A stretch of DNA of 64,000 bases from the human T2T-CHM13v2.0 reference genome, Homo sapiens, in assembly GCF_009914755.1 (NCBI RefSeq), contig NC_060935.1; one strand, 5' to 3'. A program made the translations under genes and the position numbers. How positions within the stretch are numbered: position 1 is the first letter of the stretch; every line of letters starts with the position of its first letter. The notes beneath the pieces are model-generated. The model did no database searches. It saw only the letters and a list, made by a program, of their open reading frames with translations, and was not told the origin of the DNA. Shown here piece after piece: positions 41,201-56,642 of the stretch.

Positions 41201-42679
41201 TTTCTTCCATGGTTTTTCTTTTTTTGTCTGTTTATGTGTTCTTCCTGGCCCTTCACAGTTTAGGAAGACAACCAATTTTTCTCATCCATGTGAGTATGTG
41301 GGCTTAAATTTTTTACTTGTTGGCCAGTAATCACCGTCACTCTAATACAGGTTCACTTTTTTTTTTTAATGCTTGCAGGAATCCTCTAGTATTACAGGTG
41401 TCCAGCTGGAATGTCTGCTGGGTCTAAGGTGTCATGGGTGTCTTCTATCTGGTGTGCTAGGGATGTTGCTACAATGCATCACGTCTTATGGCTAGAGCTA
41501 ATAGCCAGTAGAAGAGGTTTCTGACAAACAGGCGTGATTACAGGGCATCTATGCCACATCTTCCCTGGGAAGAATACACTCCATGCAGCTCTGGGTATAG
41601 TTTTATGCACGGTCACCCCCAAAACAGCAATACTTTTAGGGATTTGGATCAGAACTGGTTTGCCATTTGCCTCTTTTCTTCCTTGAGGGACTATCTGGCT
41701 ATTACCTCAACTCTTGGATAAAAGCACTAATTATGCTATTCCTGTTCTTTAGAAAAATTATGTCACGACTATTTTTAATGTCATATATTTTTCAATTTTT
41801 AAAATGAGATATACCATAAATGACAATAATATATCTCATGAACACATGTAAAAATTAATAATAAAACAAATGGTCATGTTTCTACCACCTAACTTAAGAA
41901 ATAACATCTTGTGATTCTAAGCTGATGCTCCCTCTCCATTTTTGGAGGTCATGGGTCTGAGGTGGGAAGTATGGCCTTAGTGATTCCAAAGTAGCTTTCT
42001 AGCACCTCTTTCTGAAAAAAACAAGAGAAAGGTAGAAATGTACTATCTAGAAGGCATACTCAGCTATTTCTAAACAGAAGTCTAGACAATTATGCTTGGT
42101 GTCTGGTGTGGCTGTGTAGGTCACTACTGGTGTTTCCTATAGGCATTTCTCTCTGGACCACTGCTAACTCACACAGCACCTTTGTGTAAATCAGAAAAAA
42201 AGCCACTCCTGCCATTTGCTACAATTTAAAAAATAACAATATGCACAACAATCTGTAATGACTATGACTGTAACTGGTGCCCCCTAGAGTTTACAGGCCA
42301 CAACCCGCACAACCATAATTCAAGGTAGACGTAGCAGATAGTACAGGCCTCCTCAGATGGGCTTCATCACTTACTGAATGCCTATTGTGTGCCAGGAACT
42401 CTTTTAGATTCTTGGCAGTCAGTGTTGAGATGGACAAGATCTCTGCTCTTCTGGATCCCCCACGACTGGACTTCTGAGCAGGCTGTTTTGTGAGTGCATG
42501 AGCTGTAGTCAACTAACAGGCTGGAGTTGTTCTTAAACTGGGTCAGGGGTCCTATGGTTACTAGTTAAAGTGAGGCAGAACTTCAATTTACTTAGCATGC
42601 TATCTATGCCAAGTGAATCCTGAGAGGTCATGTTGTACTAAGCTGATGAGTTCAGAGGTCACATGGGGTTCTTAAGTTT

Positions 42680-42812
42680 ATGATGACCCTACATCCTAAT
42701 TTTCCCTGGACAATCCTAGGTTAAGTATCTTATCCCCATGTAATTATTAATATAACCCCTTTTCTCTCCTAAAAGTGTCCTAGCTTTGGACAGTAAATTA
42801 TATGATCACACA
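42680..42812 (-). mobile_element. MER94 hAT-Blackjack MITE
   Basis: 'gtaattattaatataacccctttt...aaaagtgtcctagctttggacagtaaattatatgatcac'. Confidence 0.75.
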
Positions 42813-42829
42813 AATTACCTTTTTTTTTT

Positions 42830-43230
42830 TTTCTGTGCCAACATCCCTTCAAAATCCTAGTGACTTAATACACTAAATATTTAGGTTTTGCTAATGGATC
42901 TGTGGATCAGCTGTAGCTTTGCCCCAGGTTGTCAGTCAAGTTTAAGTTTACTCCTTATTTTGGACTTTGGGCTAATGCCACAAGTCTTCTCATTATGGCA
43001 GTCAGGCTGGAAGATCAGCTCTTATCTGAGAGCTCTTTTCTCATGCAGAATGTGGGAGCACAAGGGACCTTTGCTTCAAGGTGGCATGGGCCATATTCAC
43101 TCGTATTTCATTGGCCAGAGCAAGTCATATGCCCAAGACCAACACTGGGGATTGGGATTTATGCTTCTCCCTTGGAGAGGAGCCCTGTGATAGGGCAGAG
43201 TGACTAATAACACAGTTATCTCATCACATT
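42830..43230. mobile_element. Old MLT1 (H/I-like) LTR
   Basis: 'tcctagtgacttaa...atttcattggccagagcaagtcatatgcccaag'. Confidence 0.6.
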
Positions 43231-44699
43231 CCTAAATCCTACGGCCTCCCAGTGTGCCCCTTCTCCAGCCTTTGCTGGTGGTGGTCTCCTAGCAGTGTCT
43301 GTGTCAGGACAGAGCTGAAGTGATTAACAGAATGTAGAGAAGAAGTTTTGTCTCCATTTAGACTACAGAATGTATTAAGAGATTTCACTGCTATGTGGAG
43401 CCTATTTTGTGTTGGAGAGGGCGGGGATTGATGTTTGCAGCCTGATTACCTGGGACAGGGTTTCCTCCTTCGTGGTCCCCCAGCACTATCACCCATCACA
43501 GAAGTCTGCACCAGCATATTGTCTACTCTCCTGTGTGAGCGGTCAGAACCAGGTGGACTCCGGGGTCAATCCATGCCCTCCCCACCTCATGTTGGGCTCT
43601 TTGAGGTATAGTTCCTAGCCCCTTTTACTTTGACCCCACTGACTCCACTCCCTATCCCCCATCCCTGCCTGTTGCTCTGCACCTGGGATTTTTAATTTTT
43701 ATTTTCTCTCAGTCTCCCTTCATTTGCCTGTGTTAAATGTTCAACAGTAATTGGCTTTTCTTTTAAAACAATTCCAGATATTCCTCAAAGTTCCTGGTTA
43801 ACTGATGAATTGATGATGCCCTTTCTTATTTTCCATTGCTTATCCCATTTCTGCGGGATTTGAGGAGACAAAAGTGAAAAAGATTTGCAGAGTTACCCAT
43901 ATTGAAACTTCAACCCCAGTATTTTCAAACAGAGATATAATATTGTTTCAGTAGAAGGTGAAGATTGATTGGGCGGCAAAGAGGAAGTATGTTAAATCCA
44001 TCAACAGTCCTGGCAGCTGGCTTTCTTTTAAGAGCAATTTTTGATAAACAGTTTTATCAATTCACAAGAATGACCAAGTACCTTCAGAGTCATATTAAAA
44101 AGCAGGTGGGTGGTAGTTGTTCAGCTTGACTCAGTAGGTAAGTGACTTGCAGGAGGGGTTCCCATGCATGCTTCAGCAGAAATACAGCTTTGTCACAGAT
44201 CATAGTATGTTGGCAGTGCTGTGCATAGTTGAAATTGTGAGTACTATTTAGAACTCACAATTAGTCATTTACTAATTTCTAATTTTCTCCTTCGTTAGAA
44301 TATGAATCTGTGAAGACATGGCGTGCGCCTATCATGTTCCTCATTATATCTCTAGAGCTTAGCGTAGCACTTGGCATGTAGTAGGCATTCAGAAAACTTT
44401 GGTTGAAGCAATGCAAATATTAATGATGGGCAGTAGAGGCAAACCCTGGGGAGAATCCTTGGGGCTCCAGAGTGTAATGAAGCACTGTAATGACAGGCAG
44501 GGTTGTCCTTTAAAATAAGGATTTTACAGCCACCATAATGCCAGAAATGCATTCAGATTGATGCTCAGCCTCCTTGGTTCTACTGTAGCCTGGGGCAGAA
44601 GCCTGGAGGGGGTGAAATGTTTTGAACCTTAGGGGCATAGTCACTGGATACTGAACTGCCAAGACTTGCTGATGCCATGGGGCTGTGGTCCATGATCCA

Positions 44700-45138
44700 T
44701 GTAGCAGATGCTGTCATTACCTGCCATGTCCCCTTACCACTTCATTGTGTGCCTGTTGACCTCCAGTGCAGCCTCTGCATTGATTTCAGTGTGGGATTTT
44801 CCTGGCCACTGAAGCTTACTTTGTTCATCTGGGCTGCAGGTTTCAAATGATGGGAATTTAATGCCCTTTGAGAAATGCCCTCTAATTAATAACTAAAGAG
44901 AGCTAATGTGTAATACCTTGGATCCCTTGCCACTTAGGTGGGGTATATCTGAGGTGTATTAAGCCTCCATAGCAGGTTTAACCTTTACTCCCTCACTGTA
45001 GGAACTGGCTTGATAATGTACCTTTTATTGGCTTCCTTTTCTGGATCACTTCTCCTGTGTTTCCTTCTCCTTCTAAATAATGCTTTTCCCTTTAATACTT
45101 GTTTTAGGGTATGCTACTGGGGAAACCCAAACTACAAT
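44700..45138 (+). mobile_element. LTR16-like ERVL LTR
   Basis: 'tgtagcagatgctgtc...ggaactggcttgataatg...ccttttattggcttcc...ctggggaaacccaaacta'. Confidence 0.7.
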
Positions 45139-45739
45139 ATTCTATCCTGCGTCCTGAGGACTTATCACTGAGTGGGGGTTGTTCTTGAAGCTGCAAAATT
45201 CACAGAAGATTTGAGCTTCATTTTGCTTAGAACCTTAAAAGTTAATAGGAAAAATAGAACCAAAAAAGCACTCTAGTTTCTCGTATTTTAAAAAGTTATG
45301 ACTTACACAATTCCCCAATTATATTATACAGCTCTCTGAGATGACAGAATAATTGTTAAGGACATTTGAAACTGCCCTGCTCAAAAAACATTAATGATTG
45401 GTGCTGCCTGTAGGATAGAGTCTCATTTAACTTGAAGGGCATTCTAGTCCCCATGAATATATCCATTTTCTTGCCATAGCAGGCTGTTTATTGTTTCTAA
45501 ACATGGCTTGCATGCTATGGTACCTCCTCTGTGTTTCTGCTCACTGGTCCTCTGGTTTGTGTATGAATTCTCATTGTCACCGTCCCAGAATTAAGTAACC
45601 CAGCCATGCGCCCCAGCATGGCCTTCCGCAGTCGGCTCCCAAGGGATGAGTGGATGAGAGGGTCATTCTGCCCACGCTGTGCAATGGGTGGGCTTGAGGG
45701 GAATGACCACACTGACCTTTGATCTTTGCTTCTTTGCAG

Positions 45740-46091
45740 ATATCTCAGTGAGCCTGCTGACCCTTGTGGTCACTGCCTGTGGTCTCGCTCTCTTTGGCGT
45801 GTCTCTCTTCGTATCTTGGAAACTCTGCTGGGTTCCGTGGCGAGAACGAGGCCTGCCCTCTGGTAGCAAAGACAACAACCAGGAGCCCCTTAACTACATG
45901 GACACAGAGACCAATGAGCAGGAGAACAGTGAGGACTTCCTAGACCCTCCCACGCCCTGCCCTGACTCCTCCATGAAGATCAGCCACACCTCCCCTGACA
46001 TTCCCCTCTCCACCCAGACGGGGATCCAGGAGAACTGTGCCCATGGCGTCCGCGTGCAGCGCCAAGTCACAGAGCCAACCTCGTCGGCCCG
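45740..46091 (+). CDS. SYT9: Synaptotagmin-9 coding exon 2 (352 bp): transmembrane helix and start of cytoplasmic linker
   Basis: Translation (D)ISVSLLTLVVTACGLALFGVSLFVSWKLCWVPWRERG...MKISHTSPDIP...RVQRQVTEPTSSAR matches the SYT3/6/9/10 class and is recognised as SYT9. Acceptor tttgcttctttgcag|A (AG 45738-39, phase 1); donor CG|gtcagt (GT 46092-93, phase 2). Exon number is from recalled gene structure. Confidence 0.96.
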
Positions 46092-46279
46092 GTCAGTAAT
46101 GCCTTCTCCTTTCTGAATGCAAGGAAGGACCACCCCATTCCCCTCTCTGGCAACAATAGCACTGATAGGTCAAGGAGCCTGTAACCTTTTAGATTTCTGT
46201 TCTGTATCAGAGACATGAATATGGGAAAACTCCATGCTTCCTACGCCCTCCTTGGTCTCTACTTAGTTCATAAAAATAA

Positions 46280-46960
46280 TAGTTAACATCATTAAGACAG
46301 CATGTGTGAAGTACTCTATAAGAACTTTATATTCATATTTTATTATAGCTCACAACTTAGCATGAAATGTATACTATTATCATTCTTATTTTACAGCAGA
46401 AGAAACTTAAGTCAAGGCGATTAAATTTTTTAAAAAGCTGTATATGTAAATACCCAGGTCAGGATTTGAACCCTGGTTCAACCAACACAAGAATCTGAGC
46501 TCTTAACCACCCTTCCCTGCTGCCCTCCTACTGCTTTAGAATTTATTCCCTGTGCATCTGACCTATCCTAACAGTCACACACAGGCTCTCTTCAGACTCC
46601 GCCGTGTGGCTGGAGGTCTTTGTCCGTCTCCAGCCTTTGGAAGGCTTACAGAGTACCGATACCTAGGTCACTCTCTTTTCATTGTCTGGATGCTTTATGC
46701 TCTTCAGCAGTAGAGAAATAATATAATGCAGTGAAAAAAGATGCGGTCTCTCAAGTCAAATGAATTGGCTTTACTTACATGTGTGACATTGAACAAATTA
46801 CTTAAACTCCGTATCTGTCCATTTCCTCTTCTTCAAAAGAGGAGTAGATAGTACTGATTTGTAGGTGGTTTTAAGAATGAAATGATGACATGTGCTTGCA
46901 CAGGTCTGGCACCTGGTAAATGTTCCAAAATGTGAGCTGCCATTTTGCTGTTAGTATTGC
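46280..46960. mobile_element. Two MIR SINEs (~46280-46510 minus, ~46720-46960 plus)
   Basis: 'ttattttacagcagaagaaactt...ggatttgaaccc'; 'gtgtgacattgaacaaattacttaaactc'. Confidence 0.7.
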
Positions 46961-49049
46961 TATTATGGCCTCTCCCAAGGCTCAGATGTTGCACAAAAGT
47001 GTGTTTGAGGCTAAGCAGCCAGTTCTAAATCACTGGATATAAAAACTCATTTTTGATAAGATATTTCAGGAAAAGAGACTCAGGAAGCAGCTTTCTTTAG
47101 AATGAAAATATTGGCCTGAGTGATGGCCAGAGAAATAGCATGTGCTGTTATTTGGAAGGTATAAACACAATTTGGAGGTATTTTTTAAAAATATTTGCTG
47201 TTTGTTCTCCAGAAACAGAAATAAGACTTTACCCTTTTTATGTTAATCGAGTTTATCCTAGAGGCTCCACTCATTCTCATTAAGTGGGATGGAATATGCC
47301 AGTTTCTAATTTGATTGTTTCAGAAACTTATTTTAGCATCATTTTCAATTCTGAATCAAAGAGCCAAATCTAAAATATGCCTCTGTGAGGAGATGGGTAG
47401 TTGTCTGCCGTTTGATTTAGAAGAAATCCTCAGATTTTATCACTAGGATTTATCTTCAGATTTAAAACTTAAATATAACTAGAGCTCTATTTGATGCTGT
47501 CATAGAGTTCATGCAATGTGCAGACTTATAATAAAATCCTTTCAGTATTTCAATAGCTAAAGCCTTTTAGATAGAGTCTCCATTGAAATTTCCATTGAAA
47601 TTGCCCCCTATTTGGTTCTACTCTGCATGTAACTTTTCTGGTCTGAGTTCCTCCAATATATGGTGGTAGTACTGTGATCTTGCTAGATTTGATCTGGGGA
47701 CTCTGCCATAATTCTAACAAACTGATAGCAATGATGCCACTATAATTATCACAATATTTATACTGGGAAAGTATATAAATATACTGCATAGCAATAAGGA
47801 TTTGCTTAAAAAATAACTGTTATCACTACTGATTTGTAGAAATTGGGTAGAAGGAAAAAAATTAAAAGGGAGAGTGAAGGAATTATCCCTGTAAAATGCA
47901 CTTTGTGTTCAGATTTATTTTAGTTTTGAAGGCATGCAATTACATTATCTTTTCTGATGGCAAAAATCAAGTTTAGCAATATCTGAACTACTATAAGAAA
48001 ACTACTCTTTTCTAGCTGCATTTGACCTAATACTGACAATTTGCATTTTTATGCATTTAAAACATTCATACCTAAGTTACTACTGACCTAGTTTTATGGG
48101 GTCTGTCTGGAAATATATATCCTTGTCTCAGGATCTCACCACAATAAGAGCAGTACATGGTCTTCTAATTCTTTGAGGATTGTGTTGCATCATGAGAAAA
48201 TGCACACACACATACACACTTTTTGCTAACAAAAAGGAAAAAGAGAATGAAATTTCCTTTATGCCTCAAAGCATTTTTAACATTCTTCTTTAACATTTTC
48301 GATACCCATATTTGGGGAGGGGAAAGGTAAGCTTTGCTGAGAAAGCTCTAAACAGTCTGCTTTTCCAGTTACTGTTTCTTCTCTTTTCTTTCTCATTATG
48401 TTCTTTACTTTCTCCCTGCCGACACCGTCTTACTGCTTCCATCCTGCAGCCATTATCACCGTCTCAGGACAGCCATGATCACAGTCTCAGGGTTCCCAGT
48501 GCACGAAAGACACAGCCTCCATATAAAGGTGTCTTCAGGATCCTTGTGATTGGCACAGTTTCTGTCACACCATTGACATCAAAAATCTCAACCTCACCTG
48601 GCCTCTTCGGCTTGGATGTGTTCTTGGATATGTTTGGCTGACACAGTGCCTTTTTGAAATGTCCTAAAGATGGGCTTTGTTTTATCTTCTAAGAATGTTT
48701 CTGGTCAGAATGACTTTCTGTTGTTCTTTCAAGATCAAGCATGTTCGGTGTCTAGTTTCTTCAGTGACTATTAGTACCATCCAAAATTCCTGTCAATTCT
48801 TTTTGATTTGAATGAAGTCCCTTTTGTACAGTGACTCAATATGCTGGAAATGTGGATGTTTCAATTTTCTCAGAATTTTTTAATTCCAGAGCTTTATAAA
48901 GTTCTCTACTCCAAATGTATGAAAATCCCTGGATCCCCAAAATAGAAGGAACCTTGAAAGGCCATCTAATCCATTTCCTGATTCATGTCCTAAGATGAAA
49001 GTTCATCCTATTTTTCTCAAGCCTTCTCAAATGTCTTATGTAACACTTC

Positions 49050-49655
49050 AGTTTTTCAAAAATTTCAATTACCACACCACAAACCCCTTATCAGGTCTAT
49101 TAAGGCCCTGCATTTTAATACTGCCACAGTCTGCTTCCAACAGCCTCACCTTATGGCCAAGGCCACCATGTTGCAGAACCCTAGGGGACTATTTTAACAT
49201 GAACTCAATAGGAGACTGCCTGGAAGAAGCTTGTTGTACTGCAGCTGCACTAGCCTCTCTCTTAGTTCCTTCAGCATCCCAAGCCCCTTCCTGCCTTGAG
49301 GTCTTCACACGTTGTTCCCTCAGCCAGGAATGCTTTTCCTTTTTTTGTCCTTCTTGGGACCTTTACTTCCCTTACACCCTAGCTGAAACATCACCTTCTC
49401 AGAAAGTTCTCCCCGGCCACTCCATCTGAAGTCTGTGTTCTGTCCCCCACTCCTTCCCACTTTAATTCTCCCTCGCATTGCCTTGTTTTCATGCCTTCAC
49501 AGGATTAAATTATTTTAAGTGATTCTTTATTGCTTGTACTCCCCTCTAGACTGAGTTCTGTGAGCTCAGAGACCACATCTGTTTTGTTTCTTCCTGTCTA
49601 TCCAGCCCCTAGCACCACCTGGCACATGGAGGACTTTTTTCCATGAATGACTGAC
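49050..49655 (+). mobile_element. L2 3' region
   Basis: 'ctagactgagttctgtgagctcagagaccacatctgttttg...tatccagcccctagcac...cctggcacat'. Confidence 0.75.
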
Positions 49656-52600
49656 AGAATACATTGGTCAATATCAGGCCACTTTTCTCATGCTCTTCTG
49701 ACAAGAATGACAAAGGGCCAGAAGTATAAACTGAGCAGAGCCTGTAATAATGGTGTGAGGCTGGCGGAAGGCCATTTGTCCCAGGTCTCACATTCATTAA
49801 GAGCCCCACATTAGGTTTTTGACCTTACCTCTGAATTAAGCAATCCGTAGAGTTACAGAAATATGCTGACAGAATTGAAAGAGGAAGATAACCATCACAC
49901 TCTAAATTTAGGTCCCATGACTGGCCACAACTCAAGTAAATAGTACACAAAAATTGAATGTAATTATACTATGAGTAGCACATTTCTATTAAGTTATATT
50001 TTTGTGTGGTGAGAACATTGGTTCAATGTAAACATCTAAAACATAATTTTTGAATTATAGTTATTTCTTCAGATTTAAATTAACTGCTTCAAAAGTGGAA
50101 GTTGCCTAGACCTATCTCAACTTCCACGAGACCCCGAAATGATATGTAAATGAGTGTTTTCTCTAGTGGGATTAAATTATCAGAAACTATTATATCCATA
50201 GCATTTCTATATTTACTCTAGACACAGATATCAAGCATTTGCTATGGCAAAATTCAATATTAGGTGGTGGCAATAAAGAGAGAAAAAATATATAACCATG
50301 CCCACAAAAGACCCACAGCAAGAGCACCAATTATACACACTGAAGTGCTCAATTTGTTCTTTAGAAGATTAATCTGGAAAGAATGCATAAGATGCATGGG
50401 ACAGTGGTGAAGATTGGATGTATACAGGGGCCTGTCTGAGGGCCTGAACTCAGCTAGGATCAATGGGAATGAAAAGAGACATAAGACGTGAGCTACTGTA
50501 GAGAAAGTTTTGGTGAACAAAGGCTCATCTTAGTTATGGAGGATAAAGTATTCAAGGTTTCAAATCCGTTTAACTTTGGAGGGAGTGGGAGGAAGCAGGT
50601 CTTGCCTCAGTGTATCCACCTACCCTTGACAACACACCTCCACTGGCCCCAAGGCCTGATGCCTGTCTCGTCATTATCTCACTTATGCTGGAAACCCTTG
50701 AATCTTCAGCCCAAGAAAGCCTCAGATTTTCACTTCCTCCTGCCCTTGTAGTCTACTAACTGTGTCTGTCCCTATCCAGGATTTCCCCTTCTTCTGTGTC
50801 TGCCTGTGGTTCAGGAAAACCTAACTCTCTCTTCTTCATCACCAGGGGAGTTTTGAAGAAAAACATCCTGTCTCCACCATTTCCATAATTCCCTGCCTTG
50901 ACTTGAACATAGGAAAGAAACCAGTAACATTTCTGAAACCACAATTTGCTTCTCTCTTTTTTCTCCTTGGATCCTGAAGCCTTGTAGACACTGGTGCCCG
51001 AGAACCAGGGAAAGGACAGGTCAGGTTTCACCTCTGAGGTGGGCCACTGCAGTGAAGGAACATATATTAGGGTGCACTTGTTCATGGCTTCACATGAAAG
51101 CCCGCGATGGAAGGGGTGTTGGGGATATGAGTGCTGGCTTGTACAGAGCCTGGACTCAGAGATGCAGTGGGTGTATGTGAGGGACTCTAGAAAAAGCTGC
51201 TGGGGCAGAAGAGCTGAAAGTCCCATTCTGCTAGAGAGGTAGGACCAAGATGCAAATGGATTTAATGTCCTTATTGACGTCTACAGCATCCGCTTGAGGT
51301 GGCTCAGAATGAGGCCAAGTTAAGTAGGCAAGCCCAGCTCAAGTATCATCTCCTTCATAAAAGTTTCCTCAGCCAGAGGCCTTTCTCCCTCTCATCTTCT
51401 GGTGGGGGAACCATCTCATCACCCGCCTGGACAGCCATTTTCTTCAAGATGGTGACTACATTTTGCCTCTCTGCACCTTCCACCCCATTTGACACTGCTT
51501 TGCAAATTCGAATTTGTTGAATTGCCATTACGTCCTGTCTCTTAAGATCTGATCGACATAGTTGGCTTTTCGGGTGATAGTTTAGGGACTAACCTAGAGC
51601 TGGGACTAGTTAATTCACATCTGAGGAAAGGAAAGGAGGAGAAAACCTTGTACCTCTGGGATTCTGGCCTTTCCTGAACTATGGCTGCAACTCAGCACAA
51701 GACTCAGGTTTCTCCAGGCGTGAAAGTATGTTTTTGAGTTTGTTTTGGGAAATCTACTTTGCACATTTTGTTAATTATCTTTGAACTCAAGCTTTCCACA
51801 GGTTCAACTGCTATTCTTCCCACTTAGGTCTGGGGTAGCCAAGTCTAATCTTTATTTTCTCTTTGTTGTTTCTTCCATGAGAGGAAAACAGCTTTTGCCC
51901 ACCCAGAGAGAGAATGGGAGGTGGATGAAGCTGAGAGTTCCAACCCCAGCAGCCAGCTTCTCTACGACAGCATTAGGGTGTGGCTTATTAGTAGAGGAGA
52001 TCATCTCTCAACTTTCCTTCTGACCCACTGTCGTTGGGGTCCACTTTTTTTCATTCACTGTGCACATTAAGTCCTGAGAACACCAAAATACGGGACTCCC
52101 CAGACCTACTCAGAGGACTGTCTGCTTCAGTCACAGATCTCTCTTTGCCAAATTCCTACACTCCCTCAATGTCATTGTCCTTGTCAGTCAGTGGCTTTGA
52201 AATTCTAGACCCTTGCCCTGGGAGCCTCGCATTTACTGCACTCAAAACCACCTCCATTAACCATTTAGAGCCACCTCACCTGGGGTGGGGGAGGCTCAGG
52301 TAATGGCTCTATATTCCGTATCTTTCCTACCTCTTGCTTTGGGCTTGCGTTTTCTTCCCACCTCTGTTTGAGTAGCCTATGAGAACTATAGAATATTGAT
52401 TTTCCATTTCCTCCACCCCCTCTTCTCCTTTACGCCCCTGGGGCAGTCTCCCTGCTCCACTTCCTTATTTTCAGCCCCCAGACCTCCAGAGGTTATACAG
52501 GGAGGTTATGAGTTACCCTGGTTCTCTGGCTCTTCTAAGCTTCTCTCTTCTTCCGTGCCTCTCCCCGAACTCCAGTAAACTCTAACTCTCTTCTGAATGG

Positions 52601-52810
52601 AAATTGAAAGAGATTGAAAGGGAGCCCCAGGAGTGAGAACCTGTCATGCCCAGTTACAGTCTTCGCTATCTGCTTTAAGCCACTACCTTACAGTTAGATT
52701 CAACTGATTTCCCAAGAGTAAGTGTGATTCTGAATGGAGGGGAAAGTGTTGGGAATGAAATTATCATGTAAAATGTTTCAGTAGATAATAGTATTCATAT
52801 CTGTGACTGG

Positions 52811-53134
<324 letters not shown>

Positions 53135-53145
53135 CATAACTGTGA

Positions 53146-53446
<301 letters not shown>

Positions 53447-53717
53447 TGTGATTGGTTTTTAAGAGGTCAGCTGTATTGGGAATTTTTGGAGGGATTCCTG
53501 TGCAATTGGGTTCTCAGGGAATGGGATCTTTCTTCAGTCTTTGAACTACATCAACAACCCCCGCCTCCCTGCTGGCAATCCACTTTGGTTAGGAAGAGCT
53601 GAGCATGTGGGACAATTTATCTTCAGATTTCATGTCTAAGAAAATGTACATGTAGAACAGAATATGTCACACTACTAAGTAGCCAAATCCATGTATTTTA
53701 AATTAAAATTAAAACTA

Positions 53718-54119
<402 letters not shown>

Positions 54120-56095
54120 TCAAAGGGAAATTGTAATGCACAGTCTGCCCAGCAACCATCTGCGGAGCAGCAGAGTGACAGGGCCTAGGGCTGACATGAG
54201 ATTATTGTCTGGGACTGGATTGTGTAGACACAGAATTGTTGGTCCACCACAGACTCATCTGGAGGAGGAGCATCCAGTGGATATTGAGGATGCACTTTTA
54301 TCATGTAAACAGCACCACTTACTAGACAGTACCCAGAAGGGTGGGAACTGATGCAGGACCCAATTATGGACATTTTTTGAAGAAAAAATGTTTCTTTTGT
54401 AAAGAAAACTCAATAGCAGAGGGAAATAGGGCTGGCACCAGCCTATTCTGACCTCTGCATATGGCAGGTTACTTTCTGCTGCCTCCCAGTCCTTTCTGCC
54501 CACAGAGTCCAGTAAAGTGAGACTCAAGCTCTATTCTAGCACTACATTGGTTCCACTTCTGGACAAGGGAGTGATCTGGCTGCACTAGCTCAGAAAGCCA
54601 GTTTTAGATGCTTAACAGCAACTCCTGCCTTCCCTCCCCCGCCCACCCACATCATAAAATACAGAGAAACCTTAAGAGTGTGGATTTCTCTAAAAGAGAT
54701 TAAAATCTCCCTTCAGCAACTCTCAGATCACAAAGTTTTTGTGCATGTGGGAATGTATGTGACTGGGCTATGTCTGCTTGCTATGGACTGTGTTAGATGT
54801 GACAGGTACCAGTGACAGCTCTGTGACGGTACTCTTGTCATACCAGGTGGGTGATTAGTGATTAGGAGGCTATTTTAGGATAAAGAGGAATGCTCAGCAT
54901 AACAATATCTGTGGTGACAAGGGAGAATACTTTCAAACGTGTCTGGGGGTCCCTTAATTCCATTTTTACGTCTTTATTTCATTGTCTGAAGAAAGGAAGA
55001 GAAGGGCAAATTCAAATGTTTACTCTGCCTCTCCAACTGTTTACCAATCCCTAAGAGACATCCCAGCTGTTCTCTTTCACCTTCTAGTAAAGAGGCTATT
55101 TTAATTAAGGTTGTTGAGCGAATGCATACAATACAATATAATGACTCTAAACTCTGAGCTAAAAACAACAAAAGTAACCTTAAAAACAACCTTGTATGTG
55201 ATAACTACTTCTCTCAACTTGGGAAGACACACACAGATCAGACAGGCTTTAAAGAGAATTTTAGGGAAACTTCTAACCCAAACCAATACACTTACAGGGT
55301 GAAGAAGACTATACTACAGTTGCAAATATTTAGTTTGGAGTATCAGTATCCAGCCATCTCCAGTTGAATCCCTACATGCATTTATAGTAGCTCATCTTTA
55401 ATTTTTGAGCCATTAGTGTTTATTTCAGAAATAAAACCTGTCCTCTTGATCACTAATCACCCATGTGTACAGCAAAAGCACAATCCCAATTATGTCACTT
55501 CTACCTGTCAGAGCCACCACAATCCACTGCATGCAGACACATCCCAGTCATATACATTTTTGCATGAGCAAAAGCTGTGTTCTTGTGATGAAATGATTTG
55601 ATTTGAACCAGTAAGAATTTATATCCTTATAAAGCTATAAGCCAGTGGCAAGAAATTCTGTGTAATTTAGAGAAAGATTCATTCTTCTTAAGGCAACACT
55701 TGGCTATTTCAATTTCAGAATTATATTATATATAAAGTTGAATAATTTTATTTTTAAAGCAGTTTGTACAAATCTTTACATTCCACCAGAGGAATAAGCT
55801 TCTTTAATGGCATATTAGACAGTTTAGGAACTATATTAAACCTTTAAAGCTCTGAGGTCACATGTTACTAGGTTCATTTCCTGATACCAAGCCTCAGTTG
55901 TGAGCTTCAAGCCTTACGGAGCAGCTTACTCACACTGATGAGCATTTTGAATTTAGGCCACACACACACAAAAAAGGCCCACAGATCTAAGCTCCTGACA
56001 AAATATAACAGTCTACCTACATCCCAGGCAAAAGTTTCTGAGAGACCCATAGCTAATAAGGTTATAACTTTGTTCTGTGTTGCTCTTCATTCAAG

Positions 56096-56642
56096 GCATA
56101 ATTCAATCCGAAGACAACTCAACTTGTCAAACCCGGACTTCAATATCCAGCAGCTTCAAAAACAGGAACAGTTGACTGGAATTGGTAGAATTAAACCAGA
56201 GTTATATAAGCAGAGGTCATTGGATAATGATGACGGGAGACGGAGTAACAGCAAGGCTTGTGGGAAACTGAACTTCATTTTAAAATATGACTGTGACTTA
56301 GAGCAGCTCATAGTGAAGATTCACAAAGCTGTCAATTTGCCCGCCAAGGACTTTTCTGGGACTTCAGATCCTTATGTCAAGATCTATTTGCTTCCTGATC
56401 GGAAAACAAAACACCAGACTAAAGTTCACAGAAAGACCCTGAACCCTGTGTTTGATGAAGTGTTTTTATTTCCGGTTCCCTACAATGACCTTGAAGCACG
56501 GAAGCTTCACTTCTCTGTGTACGACTTTGACAGGTTCTCTCGTCATGACTTAATCGGCCAAGTGGTGGTGGATCACTTCCTAGACTTGGCTGATTTCCCC
56601 AGGGAGTGCATCCTTTGGAAGGATATCGAATATGTCACCAAT
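56096..56642 (+). CDS. SYT9: Synaptotagmin-9 coding exon 3 (547 bp): linker and C2A Ca2+/phospholipid-binding domain
   Basis: (R)HNSIRRQLNLSNPDF...CGKLNFILKYD...KAVNLPAKDFSGTSDPYVKIYLLPDRKTKHQTKVHRKTLNPVFDE...YDFDRFSRHDLIGQ...WKDIEYVTN; all five C2A aspartate ligands present. Acceptor ctcttcattcaag|G; donor AAT|gtgagt (56643). CG (exon 2) + G gives an in-frame Arg codon. Confidence 0.97.

Noticed and set aside
45679-45739. N-terminal extension of the exon-2 ORF (MQWVGLRGMTT...)
   Set aside because: It starts at a non-ATG codon and runs through the branch/pyrimidine tract upstream of a strong ttgcag acceptor; intronic.
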